Positions 13,209 to 26,595 of a stretch of 64,000 nucleotides of DNA are shown piece after piece. A program made the translations under genes and the position numbers. The notes below the pieces were generated by a model that was not told where the DNA came from, searched no databases, and worked only from the letters and a program-made list of their open reading frames with translations. Within the stretch, counting starts at the first letter, position 1. Each line of letters begins with the position of its first letter. The stretch lies in contig JAAOMT010000054.1 in the NCBI GenBank assembly GCA_016748015.1, positions 1 to 64,000 of the forward strand, given 5' to 3'. This DNA comes from Geosiphon pyriformis uo1. Its lineage: Eukaryota > Fungi > Glomeromycota.

Positions 13209-14071
13209 TGTTACTCATAAAATATAGAAAGTATATTAGTACATAAATTAGCCAATCAAAAGTAGATGTAGTAGATGTAGAATTCCAGGATTTTTTTCAA
13301 AAGAAATTGTAGGATTCCAGAAATTTCAGGATTCTTGTACAAGGAATTGCAGGATTTCAGAATTCCAGGATTCCTCTTAAAGGAATTGCAAGATTCCAGA
13401 AATTCTAGGATTTCTGGTGTGAAGAATTAAAAAATTAAGAAATCTCAATTATGTATATATAGCAGTAATATTAAAAGTAGAAAAGAAGATCTCTTAGTTT
13501 AGATTTAATCTAAGCAACCTTTTATATCACAAATATCAAATAAATAATTATTTATTATCTTAAATTCACTCTTTACTATTAATATGAAATGTTAATAGTA
13601 ATTAATAGTTAACCACATGGAAACAATAGCTCTTAATTATGGCTATTGATAAAATACTAATATTCACTGCTTTGGCTTATTTCTTTCTTTTCTTTTATTT
13701 TCTTTTTATGTTATTTGTTATTTCTTGTTGTTAATTAACTGATTAAAGAGTAAAGTGCTAAGTTATTGACGTCAAAGATAGCCTGGTAAAAAACCCCAAA
13801 GGAAGAGTATAAAGAGTGATAATTCAAGGATAGCTTACCAGAAGGACATCTCTGTCAAATTACTGGTCACCATACTGAGAAAAAAATTGGATGGAATTGC
13901 AATTCCAGAAAACTACTAAAAACAACTATTGAATTTCTGTTCATTATATAAAGAACTCAACCAAAATTTTCAGATCACAAAAATCTTCAGAAACAAACAT
14001 TATTATATCAATTGAGTACCAAGTTATGGATTTGTTATTTGTTTTGAGATTCCAAAAAATCAATTATAACA
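13209..14071 (+). repeat. 5' LTR of A1
   Basis: TGTTAC...ATAACA termini, homologous to 25661-26595 and 52022-52698, followed by a PBS. Confidence 0.85.
13281..13420 (+). repeat. ~39-bp tandem repeat (GGAATTCCA-type 9-bp subunits) in U3 of LTR-A
   Basis: AGGAATTGCAGGATTCCAGAAATTCCAGGATTC repeated about 3.5 times; a shorter version lies at ~25731-25810. Confidence 0.75.
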
Positions 14072-14073
14072 TT

Positions 14074-14089
14074 TGGTGCTCTTTGTGAG
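14074..14089 (+). promoter_or_regulatory. Primer-binding site of A1 (tRNA-Ile(UAU)-like)
   Basis: TGGTGCTCTTTGTGAG 2 nt after the LTR end. Confidence 0.7.
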
Positions 14090-17000
14090 ATATAATCCTA
14101 CAGAGAATCAGCACCAACACACAATCATCTAAAAGTGGCAGAACCAGAAAGAATAGGGACAAACCATTTAGAATTTGCTAAATTCTTGTTTCAACATTAC
14201 TGTCAACACTTGAAATTAATCAACAATCACTTATTAACAGAATTAGCCTTCAATTTCTATATCAATAAGAGAATCTTATATTTGCTAGGAGTACTAGTAA
14301 AAACCAACTCAGCCAGAGGAAATTTCTACAATGAATTAATTCAAAATACCAGCCTACCAGCAAATTATAATTTCACAGCAATTCTTACTAAAATCAATAA
14401 AAAAATTGAACATCACACTCAATAAAGATACCCAATTACCTATGCAAACAAAAACAAAAAAAAACTACAAACATCAGCAGTAACACCACAAAGAATACAA
14501 CTACCTACTTGGAAAAAAACAAGAGTAAAATCTCCAACCAATTCATCATACTACTATACACCCAGAAACACCATCAACATCTTATCAGCAGGCATGTCTA
14601 CAGCAAACATGATCTTAATATTTGGATGACTTTCATTTCAAAGTAAACAAAAAAAAGCAGAATTATTAGAAACTTATGGCAATTATTTTAAAGAATTTAA
14701 ATTGCAATCACTAATGCCATCAGGATTTTGATCACTGCCACCTTCACCAGATTTTGAAATCACAAGTCCTTGAGAAGTGATGAAATCTGAAAAAAAAAAA
14801 AATGAGAATTAGGAATTTAATTACCAAAACCTGATTCCAGAAAATCCAGAAAATCAAACCCTAAATATTCAAACTCTGAAAAATCAAAACAATCCAAACT
14901 CTGATATAATTAATTAACAACACTTATCTCCAGTAATCATAATTAATTACCCACCAATTGAACTGATTACTAAACTGACACAACAATTACTTCAACAACC
15001 ACCACAACAACAATAACTAGTCATAACACTAATAGCATACACTTTTATCACCAAATTAGAAAAATTTACTGGTAAAGAAGATAATGCTCAAGTGTAACTT
15101 AACAACATTACCAAAGCAATCACTGTTAACAATTGAAACAATGCCAGAGCTCTACAGACCATCCCATACTTTTTACAAGATATTGCTGATTCATGATATC
15201 AAAGCTTAATCAACAAATCTGTTACCTTTGACGTGTTTAAGATGGAATTTTTGAAATATTTTAGCAACCATAATAGCATTAACTGCTTAGCCAATACTTT
15301 GACCATTATCAAACAAGAAGAAACTGAAGCAATAACTACTTACCTAAAATGCTTCCATAGAAATTTGTGCCAAATACAAGTGATTAACATGAATTATTTT
15401 ACAGTGCCACAGATTCTGAACCAGTTTATCTATGGACTACACAGTAGTCTTCTCCAATGCATATGTCCAATGCACCTGCAAACTTTTTAAGACACAGTCA
15501 CCAATACATAAGATTTCAAATCTGCTGAACTTAAAGCCAATCATGCCCAAGCCATAAATTTAATAATGAATAGATCATCTAACTTGAATTCTAAATTAAA
15601 GCAATTCAAAGAGTCAATTAATCAGAAATTGGAAGGATATTTAGCTAACAACAATTAAGCAATTTATCAACTTTTACAATGATGCAATAATCAAAGAAAC
15701 TCCAATTGTTTCTAAAATCAATTGCATTTATCATCATTGACCAATCAACAGTGGCAACAGAAAATGTGTGTTTGCCACTATTGTGGTAAACAAAAATATC
15801 TGCAATTTGAATGTTGAAAAAAGATAAATGATCAATGATTGGATAATCAGTATTGAAACCCCAATTGCCAACTCCAAACTCAGAATTATATCAGTAATTA
15901 ATCACAAAAACATTACTAATATCAACCACATTATGCTCAAGTAATTCAGCCAATATATCAAGCATCAATGATACAGCAATTATACTTAGCTCTAATATAT
16001 CAATTGGCAACACCTGTAATCTATCAACTACTACAATTACAAATAATCTATCAGGCACCAGCAATCTCAACACCATCATCAAACTCAGCTCAAATAACAT
16101 CAGAAAATTTCAGATCAAGAGTTACTCAAAACTGGAGATTGGCAATAGTTGTCTACTAACTGATCCTCAGTTCTTACAACCAACTATCGAGATCACAGCA
16201 GCAGAATTTGGGAACTGAGTTTACTTAAAACTCAAATTCCCAATACTATTTAAGTCTCCTAATTACCCCAGAAGATGCCTTATCCAACAACCAGAAAACC
16301 AACCACAACCAAACACTTACCAACAACATTCTACCAGCCATTGTCATAGAAAACAAGTCACTCACAGCTATATTTCTTTTTAAAATCGAAGAACTGTCAG
16401 AAATCTCTTTGTTCAGTGGAGCTGCACTCAAAAAAAAACCCATTACTGTAATGTACACTAATGCAAAAATTGATGACCATATCATCAAACTGATTTTAGA
16501 TAGTGGATCAGCTGGCAGTATCATTACAAAACAACTCATGAACCAATTAGGTTGCCAAGTTAATTGAGCTGCCAGCATAAGAATAATTATAGCTAATAGA
16601 ACCACCAAGACTCCATTTGGTGAAATAGATAACTTACTCATCAAAGTCAATGGTATCATCATACTAATCAAGGTATTAGTCATAAAAGCCACCCAATACT
16701 AAGCACTCATTGGTAATGATTAGCTGTCCAAAATAAATGCAACATTTGACTGGACTATCCAGAAGCTGCAACTCAGTTAGAACAGACAATACACATGAGT
16801 ATCAACAACATATGGTTATTTCAAACCCAGTACCAACATGTCAGCACTACTCATTGAGTTAGACAACAAAAAAAAACCTACCTGAGAAACTTACCAAGTT
16901 TTTTGGGCCAACAAAAACCATAATGAGTTACCACCAATTTTGACTTGGGACAACAACAGAAAGAGAAAACAAAAAGAAAAACTTATCTGGAATACTGACC

Positions 17001-17204
17001 AAACATTGTGGAATAACAGTGATTATAATAAACTGCCACCAGATTGGGAGTAAGAAGAAAATAACAATAAAGAAAAAGAAAAAGAGAAGGAAAAAGAACC
17101 AATACTAACTACTACTTATAGTTCATATACTTATACTTTGCCACAACTATTTAGCTATTGTCAACTGAAACTGGTATGTATCAATTGTGACAAGAAATTG
17201 TCAT

Positions 17205-17605
17205 TGTTATTGGAAGTTTTTGGTTTCTTTTCTTAAATGCTGTTAATATTTATCTGTTGCTAATTTCACGTTTTCTAGAAGTAGTTAAATCTCTAATAAC
17301 TGAATTTATTTTCAAATTATCTTCTATAATTTGAATTGCTGGGCTTATAAGTAGAATGGCCAATTCCATGCCAGTTATTTTGTGTAACTACATTGTAGTA
17401 AACGTTGTTACTGGAGGTTTTTGGTCTCTTTTCTTGAATGTTATTAATGTTAATTTGCTGTAAATTCACATTCTTAGGGAGTAGTTAGATCTCCAGTAAC
17501 TGAATTTATCTTCAAATTATCTCCTATAATTTGAACTGCTGGGCTTATAAGTGGAATAGCCAATTCTATGCCAGTTACTTTGTGTAATTACATTGTAGTA
17601 AATGT
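17205..17605 (-). repeat. Tandem duplication (~200 bp x2) of the 3' end of LTR-C
   Basis: 17205-17405 and 17406-17605 align throughout; only one unit is present in the LTR at 29867-30822. Confidence 0.9.
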
Positions 17606-18334
17606 TAACTTTTTCCCAGGAATTGCTTATCTGGAAGCTCACTAAAAATGTGTAGTTACTTTGTTCTAAAAGTTAACTCTTCTACAGAAATTTTGTCTGT
17701 AGACTACCCTAATAATTATAATAAGAAAATAAAAGAAAAATAAAAGAAATGTAAAAGAAATAGGATTTTATCAAGGAAAACATTTTCTATTTAGGCCTGG
17801 AATCACTAACAAATTATTGAAATTGGTAGCTAATCAATTTCAAAACGTTAGTTGTGTTAAGGGAATTTCAAATGTAATAATTAAAGGATTTAGTTTTCGA
17901 ATATTTAATTTTTATTTGAGATGTATAAAAGATAATTTGTTCTAATTAAGATATCTAAAGCAAGATACTATGATAAGATACTATGAGAAAATACATTTTT
18001 TTGAAGAGAGAAGCTCTTCTTTTATATAACTTGCTGTAATACTAGTCTTTGAACTTGCACTTTTCTTTTTGCTACAATTTAGGTGAACTAAAGATATATT
18101 TCGGCAAACTACAAGTTATTTCACTGAACTATTGATTATTTCGGCAAATTTTCATTAATTTTGGTGAATTTTGACTATGTTAAATGGTTCAAGATATTAT
18201 GTAATTTGATTATCTTAATTTCTAGAGTACAAATCGGATTATTGATTGAGTAATGATATTTGATAATTTGATTAAATAATAAGTAATAATCAAAATAAAT
18301 AATAATAAGAATTATGAAGATAATTTCATGTTAA

Positions 18335-19048
18335 TTAATAGCTAAATTCTACTGGTAACATAATCTCTTCCTTAAGACTGAGCTCTGTCAAAGTCCAAGC
18401 ATTATCTGTGATGTCAAGATAGTGGTCCAATATAATTGAAGTAATTTGGTCTGAAAATTGTTGAAATTTCAGTTCTGTGAGCTTTCTAATGTATTAAATT
18501 TTTATTGGCTGGAGTATTAGATTTTGTAGAATGTTTTCACAAGTGTTAAATAAATTATAGAGTCTAAATGCTGCTTTAAGTTTGTAGTGAGTGTTTGTTG
18601 GTCTGGCTGCTGTCTTAAATTCATTGTGAATTTGTTTTTGTATAGCCTCAAAAGTGATGTTGGTTGCTTCCAGTTCCAGTTTTTGTTCATAAAGTGTTTT
18701 TTCAATATGAAAATATTTATATATTAGAGTATGTTTATTGTTCTATTCATTAAGAAATAATAGAAGTTTTTGTTGAATTGTGGTGTTTGGTGGAATGTCA
18801 ATAGGGGCAATTAAAAGGTTTTTTTTTAATGCTTGCTTCAAAAGTTCTGGTAACCTATTTTCAGAGTGGCCTCTTGTTTTTCTTCTATAAGAGTGATAGT
18901 TCTGAGAATTATTTACTACTGGGACTATGATTTCTTTCTGAATGTAATTAATTTGACTTTCATTAATCATTATGGATAAGTCAGGAAGTGTTTTCAAGGC
19001 TAACATTAATTTTTGAGATATTTGTTGAATATTTCGGGAAATAATCAT
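18335..19048 (-). pseudogene. Family C accessory ORF3 (~237 aa, two premature stops), ends inside the 3' LTR
   Basis: One continuous frame MIISRNIQQ...KAAFRLYNLF...ELSLKEEIMLPVEFSY*. Confidence 0.75.
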
Positions 19049-19599
19049 GATAAAAATTGACTAATTAATAAAAAGAAAGAAAAGAAATTATTTTTGAGTA
19101 TAGAGTTTTTATTTGTTTTTGGGTTTGAGTGTTTCTTGTAATTATTTACTATTTTTAGTTTTGTTTATGTATTTAGAAGAGATTATTATAAAAATGTTAA
19201 ATTAAGTATTCAAGTTTGATTGTTGTTCTATTATAACTATTGGTTCTAAATTTCGGGAAATATCTTCAAGATTAACTAAAGAGGAATGTGTACCAATTTG
19301 TGAAATTAATAATTTAGGATTGTTTCTGAAATAATAGTGTTTCAATCTATCTCTATGTGCAACTTTTGATAGTACTTTGTCATCAAGTCTTAACTTGTAT
19401 AATCCATTGCCTAGAATTTCGTGGATATAAAATGGTCCATCCCATTTATGCTCAAATTTTCCACTCTATTGTTTTTTAGTCTTAGTTTTGTGTAAGTGAA
19501 CTTTATTTCTAACTTTAAATTCATTGGTAATTGGTGGTCACTATTACCACAAAAAGAAACTTGTCCTATCAATTTGAAGCCTTATTAATCCAATCAATA

Positions 19600-22208
19600 C
19601 AATGATAAGTTTATCAAAAAAAAGATAAACAGAATAAAAAATCTTGGATTCATACAAGAAACCAAGAGTAAATAGGCTTTCCCAGTTGTAGTGGTATTCA
19701 AAAAAGATGGAATCTTATGCTTCTGTGTTGACTACTGCCAACTAAATGCTATCACTATAAGAGATATGTATCTATTCCCCAAAATTGATGCAATGCTAGA
19801 TAAATTTAATAGTGCTGCTTTCTTCTCAACTATTGACTTAATTGCTGAATTCTGGCAATTAAAAATAGATCCAGAAAGCAAAAAGAAAACTGTCTTTATC
19901 ATTAAGTATGGCACCTATGAATTCACAGTCATGCCTTTTGGTCTTACCAATGCTCCTTCCACTTTTCAATGCCTAATGAATAAAGTGTTTAAATCAGTAA
20001 AAGAAAACTTTGTTCTGGTTTACTTGGATAACATAATGGTATATTCAAAAACCTGGAATGAACACCTTGAATATTTACAGAAGGTTTTTGATCTGCTTAG
20101 AAATGCTGGCCTTAAAATCAACCCAATCAAATCTTTTTTTGGACACCAATCCACCCAGTTCTTTGGTTATCTTATTACAAAAGATGGAATCTTCCTTGAC
20201 CCAGCTAAAGTTGAAAAAGTTCAAAATATTAGACAACCAATGAATGTTCCTGAACTATGTTCTTTCCTTGGTTTGGTCTCTTACTATCACAAATTTATTA
20301 AGGATTTCTCCAAAATTGTCTTTTTTCTCAATCAATTACTCAGAAAAAATGTCAATTATCACTGGGACACTTATCAACAAAAAGCTTTTGAAATTCTGAA
20401 GGAAAAACTTGTTACTGAACCAATTCTCAAGCAACTAGATCTGGATCAACCTTTTATTCTCTACACTGATACATCTGGCTATAGACTTGGTGCTGTCTTT
20501 TCATAGAAAGATGAAAATGGCAGAGAACATGCCATAGCATATGCTAGTAAATCCCTCACACCAGCAGAAAAGAATTATTCAGTTACTGAACAAGAATGTT
20601 TAGCAGTAGTTTGGGCTACTAACTACTGGAATCAATATCTTCTTGGTGCAAAATTCTTAGTGGTAACAGATCATCAAGCCTTAGTTTGGCTGCGCAAGAA
20701 AAAGAAGCTAGAACACAAACAAATAACTTACTAGATGCTCTATTTAGATGAATTCGACTATAATATTCAACATTGAAAATGAGCAAATCATCAAAATGCT
20801 AATGCTCTCTCTAGATTTACCATCCAATGATAATACAACTCCTCAAATCAAGCCAACTTAATTATTAGTAACTTTTTTACAAACAAACATAATAATGGAC
20901 TTAAACAACTACTCTGCTTTAATGGAATTTTTGGGTAAAAGACAATATTTACCAGAATACACTTGACAGCAAAGAGAACATTTGTGCAAACAATCAAATT
21001 TCTATTTAATCTACCAAAACTAATTATACAAAAGAAACAAAAAAGATCCTAACTGCTCTCAGAGAGTCATTAAATTTGAAGAAAAAAAAATTGTAATATA
21101 CAACATGCACATTGACCCATTAGCTGGACACTTTGGAAAAACAAAAACAATTCAGAAACCTTTAGCTTACTATTATTGGCTTACCTTAGGAAAAAACATT
21201 GCTGAATACATCAAAACCTGTGACATTTACCAAAAAAAAAACAAACTCAATTGCAAAAAAGATATCCATCCAATCTCTGTTGGTCAACTCTTTGACAGAA
21301 TTGGTATAGATGTTGTTAGACCTTTAACAATAACTCCTGATGACAACAAATACATTATCACAGCTACTAACTATCTTACAAAGTAGGTAGAAGTAAGAGC
21401 CATTCCTGACCAAACAGCAGTCTTCATAGCCAATTTCATTTATGAAGATATTATTTGCCATCATGACTGCACCAAAGAACTTTTATTTGATAAAGGAAAA
21501 GCTTTTCTCAGTACACTGGTTAAAAAACTTTGTAGAAAAATGGAAATATGTCATAAACTTTCCTCCTCTTATCACTCCAAAACAAATGACCTAGTGGAAC
21601 GTTTTAATAGAACACTATGTGAAATCTTAGCCAAAACCAATAAAGAAACAAACTTATGGGACAAAGTACTGCCTTCCACTTTGTTTGCTTATAGAACTGT
21701 GAATTATGACATAACAAATTATAAACCTTTCTATCTGCTTTATGGACACATAGCAACACTACTAATAGAAACTAACATTAAAACAATACCCTTTGAAGAA
21801 ATCACAATAGGAAATTACAAAGACATTTTGCAAAGAAGGCTTGGTACCATTCTTAACTCCTTGGTAGAAGCACGAATAATTGCTTTTAAAAAGATAAAAC
21901 AGTTCCAAGAAAAGCTTAAAAGAAAGAAAACCTATAAAACACTTTCTTTAATATTGGTGACTTGGTATTGGAATACTGTTCAGACAAAGACAATATTTAT
22001 GGTGATAAATTCTTTAACCAGTGGAAAAAACTTTTTATAGTCAACAAAGTTTTGAACAATGGTTCTTATATTCTTCAAGATCAATCTGGAACAATCTTTA
22101 ATAATTGTCTTGTTTATGGTATATGACTTAAGAAATATCATAAACGACTTGATTGGTTGTCTGTTGTGGTAATACCGACTTAAATAATCAGCAAAAATCA
22201 AATATAAA
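19600..22208 (+). pseudogene. pol remnant of B1 (RT-RNase H-integrase)
   Basis: ORF fragments 19691-20506, 21105-21386 and 21540-22040, separated by stops and frameshifts. Confidence 0.88.
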
Positions 22209-22248
22209 TAAATGCACTATTTCCAAAACAGAGGTATTTTCAATCGAC

Positions 22249-22905
22249 ATGAACAATTATTTTCTGGATTAAAACATTCAAAATGCCTTCTATATTCTCC
22301 ATAAGTATTGGATCAAAAACTATTCAAATACTACTTTGACTATTAAAAAACAAACTACCATAACTGATAACAGTGGAACACATACTATTATTAGACCAAA
22401 GAAAACTACTACCAGAAGAAAAAAAATTGGTAGCAAAATGAATAAATATCTGTTGGAAAGTATAACAGCAGCTATACTTCCACTTTCTAATACAATTGGA
22501 AAAACACTCCAAGAAATCTTACTCATAGACAAAAACTTGTTATATAAAAAGCAATTAGAACTCTATGGTTGTCTTAATGAAATTATAAAGGATATAAAAC
22601 TCATGAAGAAAACAACTTCAGAAATACAAGCAGAAATTTTGGGCATTATATGGTTAGATGTCTCAAGAGTTTTAACTATTGCTAAAAGAGCCAAAACTCT
22701 AATACAAAGATTTGGTCTCTTGAATACAAAACTCATTTTGTCTCAAGTATTATATACTTTATTCATAAAAGACTTCAACAAACTAGTTAGCTTTGAGTTA
22801 GATAAAACTCTTCAAATAAATTACACTATAAATAGCTTGATTTTGCTAGAGCTCAATCTCTTTGAAGAGGATAATGTTATGATTGAAACTTATACTTCTT
22901 ATTAA
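22249..22905 (+). pseudogene. Family B accessory ORF3 (218 aa frame, early stop)
   Basis: MNNYFLD...KYLLESITAAIL...ELNLFEEDNVMIETYTSY*; same frame and length as 40508-41164. Confidence 0.8.
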
Positions 22906-24361
22906 TTATCACATGTATTAGCCACTGATGTTATATAAATTAGCCACTCTATTTTTAAAAAATGATCATTGACCTGATCATTGACCACTTTTGATAGCTA
23001 TATAAGCAATGAATCTCTTAGCTATAGAAAAACATGAAGAAATCAAGAAAATCAAATAAATAAAATAACAACTTTTATCTCAATCTTTTTCTTATCGCTA
23101 ATTTCCCTTTCCTTATTTTCAAGTATCTGAACATCTTGGAATAAAAGATTACTTGTTGGTTATTCTTTACTTTTTTTCTGAAATGTGTAATTGTAACATT
23201 TGAAGATTATTGAATAAAATGTGACTGAAGAGTATATCTAATACCTGATATTAAATTCTAAGAGTGCCAATGTGAAGCATAGAATTATACCAGTGTGTGA
23301 TTATTTGTTGATAGTATCGACTATCCTTCTACCTTCAGATTCTCTAGTTATCTTTGAAAAGTATAGTAACTGAGATATTTTATGAAACTGATCTTGCACA
23401 TTGAATCTATACTTATTTAATTCGCTCTTTAAAGTTGAATTCCCTTTGATTCCTTTCATTACCCTACAATCCTGTTTTTCCTTGCTATCCATTAGCTTGT
23501 TACTTCAACCTGTAACAATACATAGCTCCTGGATTAACATCTAATTAGGCTGAGGAAACAGAACAAGAAATCTTTAAGAAAACCAAAGAATAGAATGTTG
23601 TTTAATACTCTATACCAGAATCATAAAAACAACCACCTTATATTCCAATTAAATATAAAAATTACAAGAAGAAACTTTCATCAATATGAGCATACATATT
23701 TCCAAAAGAGAAATATAAAACACACACCTGCTACTTTTGTAAAGCATATCATAAAGAACAATTTGGATATTCCAAACAAAGTGAAAAATAGAACAACACT
23801 CCTTGTTTTACATGTAGAAATATGCTACCAAAAGAATACAACTGAATTGATATTGCAATAAAAAGAAAAGTATGTAACCAAACTTGCCAATATGCTCTAT
23901 TAATCTCGAAAAAAATCAGAAGAGAAACACCCTTTAATGCATTATACAACAGTGTTTTTAACAAATTTTACCACTACTCTTATAATGCTGAAATGATCTT
24001 TGATCTAGCAATAGCTTTAATCAATGAAGCCATACAAAAAGATATTTACCAAATGAAAAAAGCTGAATATATTAAATACACTATGAAATTAGCTAAATTC
24101 AACTATGAAAATGAAGTAGAAACATATCACCAAATTGCAAGTCACACTTATCTGACCCAAGAAGCTTAAATTTAATAATTAAAGCAAATACACATTCAAT
24201 TGTGTAAAGAATGCATCATGTTTTGTGATGACAAATAGTGCCCAAAATACTATGCTCTTAGCATTTCCTTGTCCAGCAAAAATAACCAAGAGAAAATTGA
24301 ATTTAGAGAACATAAACCAGAAAAAGAAATTACAACAGCTCCAATTTATCTTACTAAGAAT

Positions 24362-24801
24362 CAACTAGCTCTACAACTCAAATATTTTGACAATAATGTT
24401 CAAAAAATCAAGCCAAAAAAGACCTACAAAATAGATGCTGAATATGATTTATAATATTCTGGTAAAGATATTTTAATCTTTTAACCAAAATCTTTAATAA
24501 AAATCAACTTCAGAATTAGTCTTGAAATACCACCAGAAGCAATAGTTCAAATTGTTTCCAAATTATTATTGACAAGCAAAAAAATCAACATCAAAGAAGG
24601 AGTTATCGATGCAAGATATACTGGAAACATCACTATTATATTACAAAATAAAACTGAAAAACCATTCAAAATAGAACATATTGAAAAGATTGCTTAAGCA
24701 ATTTACCTACTCTTAATCAACATTTCAGATTTACAATTAGTTAACAACAGAAAACAATTAGAGAAAAGTAAAAAAAAACTCAAAATTTTAGTTTAACTGG
24801 A
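24362..24801 (+). pseudogene. dUTPase domain within C2 pol
   Basis: Decayed trimeric-dUTPase motifs in order: DAEYDL (I), GVIDARYTG (III), KIA*AI (IV), TQNFSLTG (V). Confidence 0.85.
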
Positions 24802-25660
24802 CAATTCACAGTTTCAGTAAATATAGCTTTCAATACACAAAATAAATTTTACCAAATTCTTTGACTTTTCTAACCAATTACTATTTTACCTTTTGGAGAA
24901 CATCACAAAATTTACACTTGTCCAAAGCCTACTACTACCCAACAAATTTTTGAATTCAATGAACAAATTTGTTTAAAGCATGAAATCTCAATCTCAAATA
25001 TTTATATTCCTAAAAGAATAAAAAAATTTTGAGTTATATTTTATAATCTCAACAATTATTCCATTGTGTTATTAAATAAATTAGAAATTGGAATCATATA
25101 TAGCAACATTTTCCAAGATGAAACTTCTCAAATTGTTTTTAATTTTATTGAAATTGTAAAACATATCCTACTTTTAAATCCAAACATTATCTCAACTACT
25201 AAAAACTACTATGTTCTAGAAGAAAAACTCTTTCAAATTAACATAGACTCCTTAAAACCTTAATAACAAAGACAATTAAAACAGCTAATAGCTGAATTTG
25301 CTAATATATTTGTCAAAGACAACAATAATCTAAAAAAAACTATCATCCAACATTAGATTTACACAAAAGATGTTCTACCAAAACACCAACAAGCTTATCA
25401 AGTGCCACCTACTAGCCACCAATTTATTAAGGAAGAAGTTCAAAGAATGCTCAATAATAAATTAATTCAATCATCAAGAAGTTCTTGGGTCTTATCAATA
25501 GTTCTAGTTAAAAAAAAAACGGAAAAATCAGATTTTGTATTGACTATTGCCAATTAAATAGTGTGATAATTAGAGATGTCTACCCTCTTCCAAGAATTGA
25601 TAATATGTTAGATGCTTTAAGAAAAGCCAAGTTTTTCTCAACTTTAGACTTAGAAAGTGG

Positions 25661-26595
25661 TGTTATTTATAGAATATAGGAATTATATATTAGTACATAA
25701 ATTAGCCAATCAGAATAGACATAATAAAAGTGGAATTCCAGAATTCCTCTCAAAGGAATTGCAGAATTTCAGAATTACAAAATTCCTGTATGAAAAATTT
25801 CAGAATTCTTGGCTAAAAAATTAAAAAATTAAAAGAATTTTGTACAATAAAATTTATGTATATATAACAGTAGTATTGGAAACTAAAAAATTAGTTAATT
25901 AAACTTTTAGAGTTAATTAAATTTGCAGGTTATAATTATTAAATACTCTTTCTTCAAAAAATAGAATTCTTAGTTTAGAACTTCCAGTTTCAATTCCTTA
26001 TCCATCTCTTTATACAATAGTATTCTATGACTTGAAATAGAAACATAAAAATATCAATAAAATAATTATTAAATATCACAATTTATTTTTTCATTATCAA
26101 TAATTCATGTCGATAGTTACTAATACTTAACTATACTGGATCAATAGTTTTTGATTACAACTATTAACAGAATACTAACACTTTCTTGTTTTGGCCTATT
26201 TTTTTTATTTTTATTTATTTTATTTATTTTTTTTTGTTTTTATTATTTACTAATTGATTTGAAAAATCAAGTATTAATTAATTAATGTTAAGGATAGTCT
26301 GATAAAAGACCTCAAAGAAAAAGTATAGAGTTTAAAAAATTTACTGATAGTTTACTAAAAAGACACAACTGCCAAAATAAACCAGCCACTATGCTGAAGA
26401 CAAAAATTAGATGGAATTGTGATTTTAGAAAGCTACTAATACAGCCATTAAATCTTTGTTTATTATATAAAAGACTCAACAAAAAAACCTTTAGACCATG
26501 AAAACCTTCAGATATTATTCACATTATTATATCAATTAAGCATTAAGTTACAGGTTTGTTATTTGTTTCAACAACCCAAATAATCATCTGTAACA
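25661..26595 (+). mobile_element. Solo LTR of family A inserted in the RT of C2
   Basis: TGTTAT...GTAACA; interrupts LDLESG|YW*VE; 4-bp TSD reconstructed as GCGG (GTGG left, GCAA right). Confidence 0.9.

Larger units (their letters stand above)
13209..17204 (+). mobile_element. Ty3/Gypsy family A copy A1, 5' part (LTR, PBS, gag, protease), cut by C1
   Basis: LTR TG..CA, PBS, gag motif KLEKFTGKEDNAQV, zinc knuckle CHYCGK....C at ~15774-15813, protease LILDSGSAGSII at ~16490. Confidence 0.85.
17205..19537 (-). mobile_element. Ty3/Gypsy family C copy C1, 3' part (integrase C-terminus, ORF3, PPT, 3' LTR 17205-18360)
   Basis: Reverse-complement of ~28670-30822; WDGPFYIHEI integrase tail; PPT AAGGAAGAGATTA next to the LTR TG at 18360. 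Confidence 0.85.
19538..23517 (+). mobile_element. Ty3/Gypsy family B copy B1, 5'-truncated (RT, RNase H, integrase, ORF3, 3' LTR 22875-23517)
   Basis: FCVDY, MPFGLTNAP, YLDN(D), HHCC and DDE integrase motifs; colinear with ~37797-41870. Confidence 0.92.

Noticed and set aside
13314-13330. Heat-shock element TTCnnGAAnnTTC in LTR-A
   Set aside because: Derivable by C>T/G>A decay from TTCCAGGAATTCC; not conserved in neighbouring units
22249-22905. ORF3 as an envelope gene
   Set aside because: No signal peptide, transmembrane anchor or fusion-peptide pattern; too short
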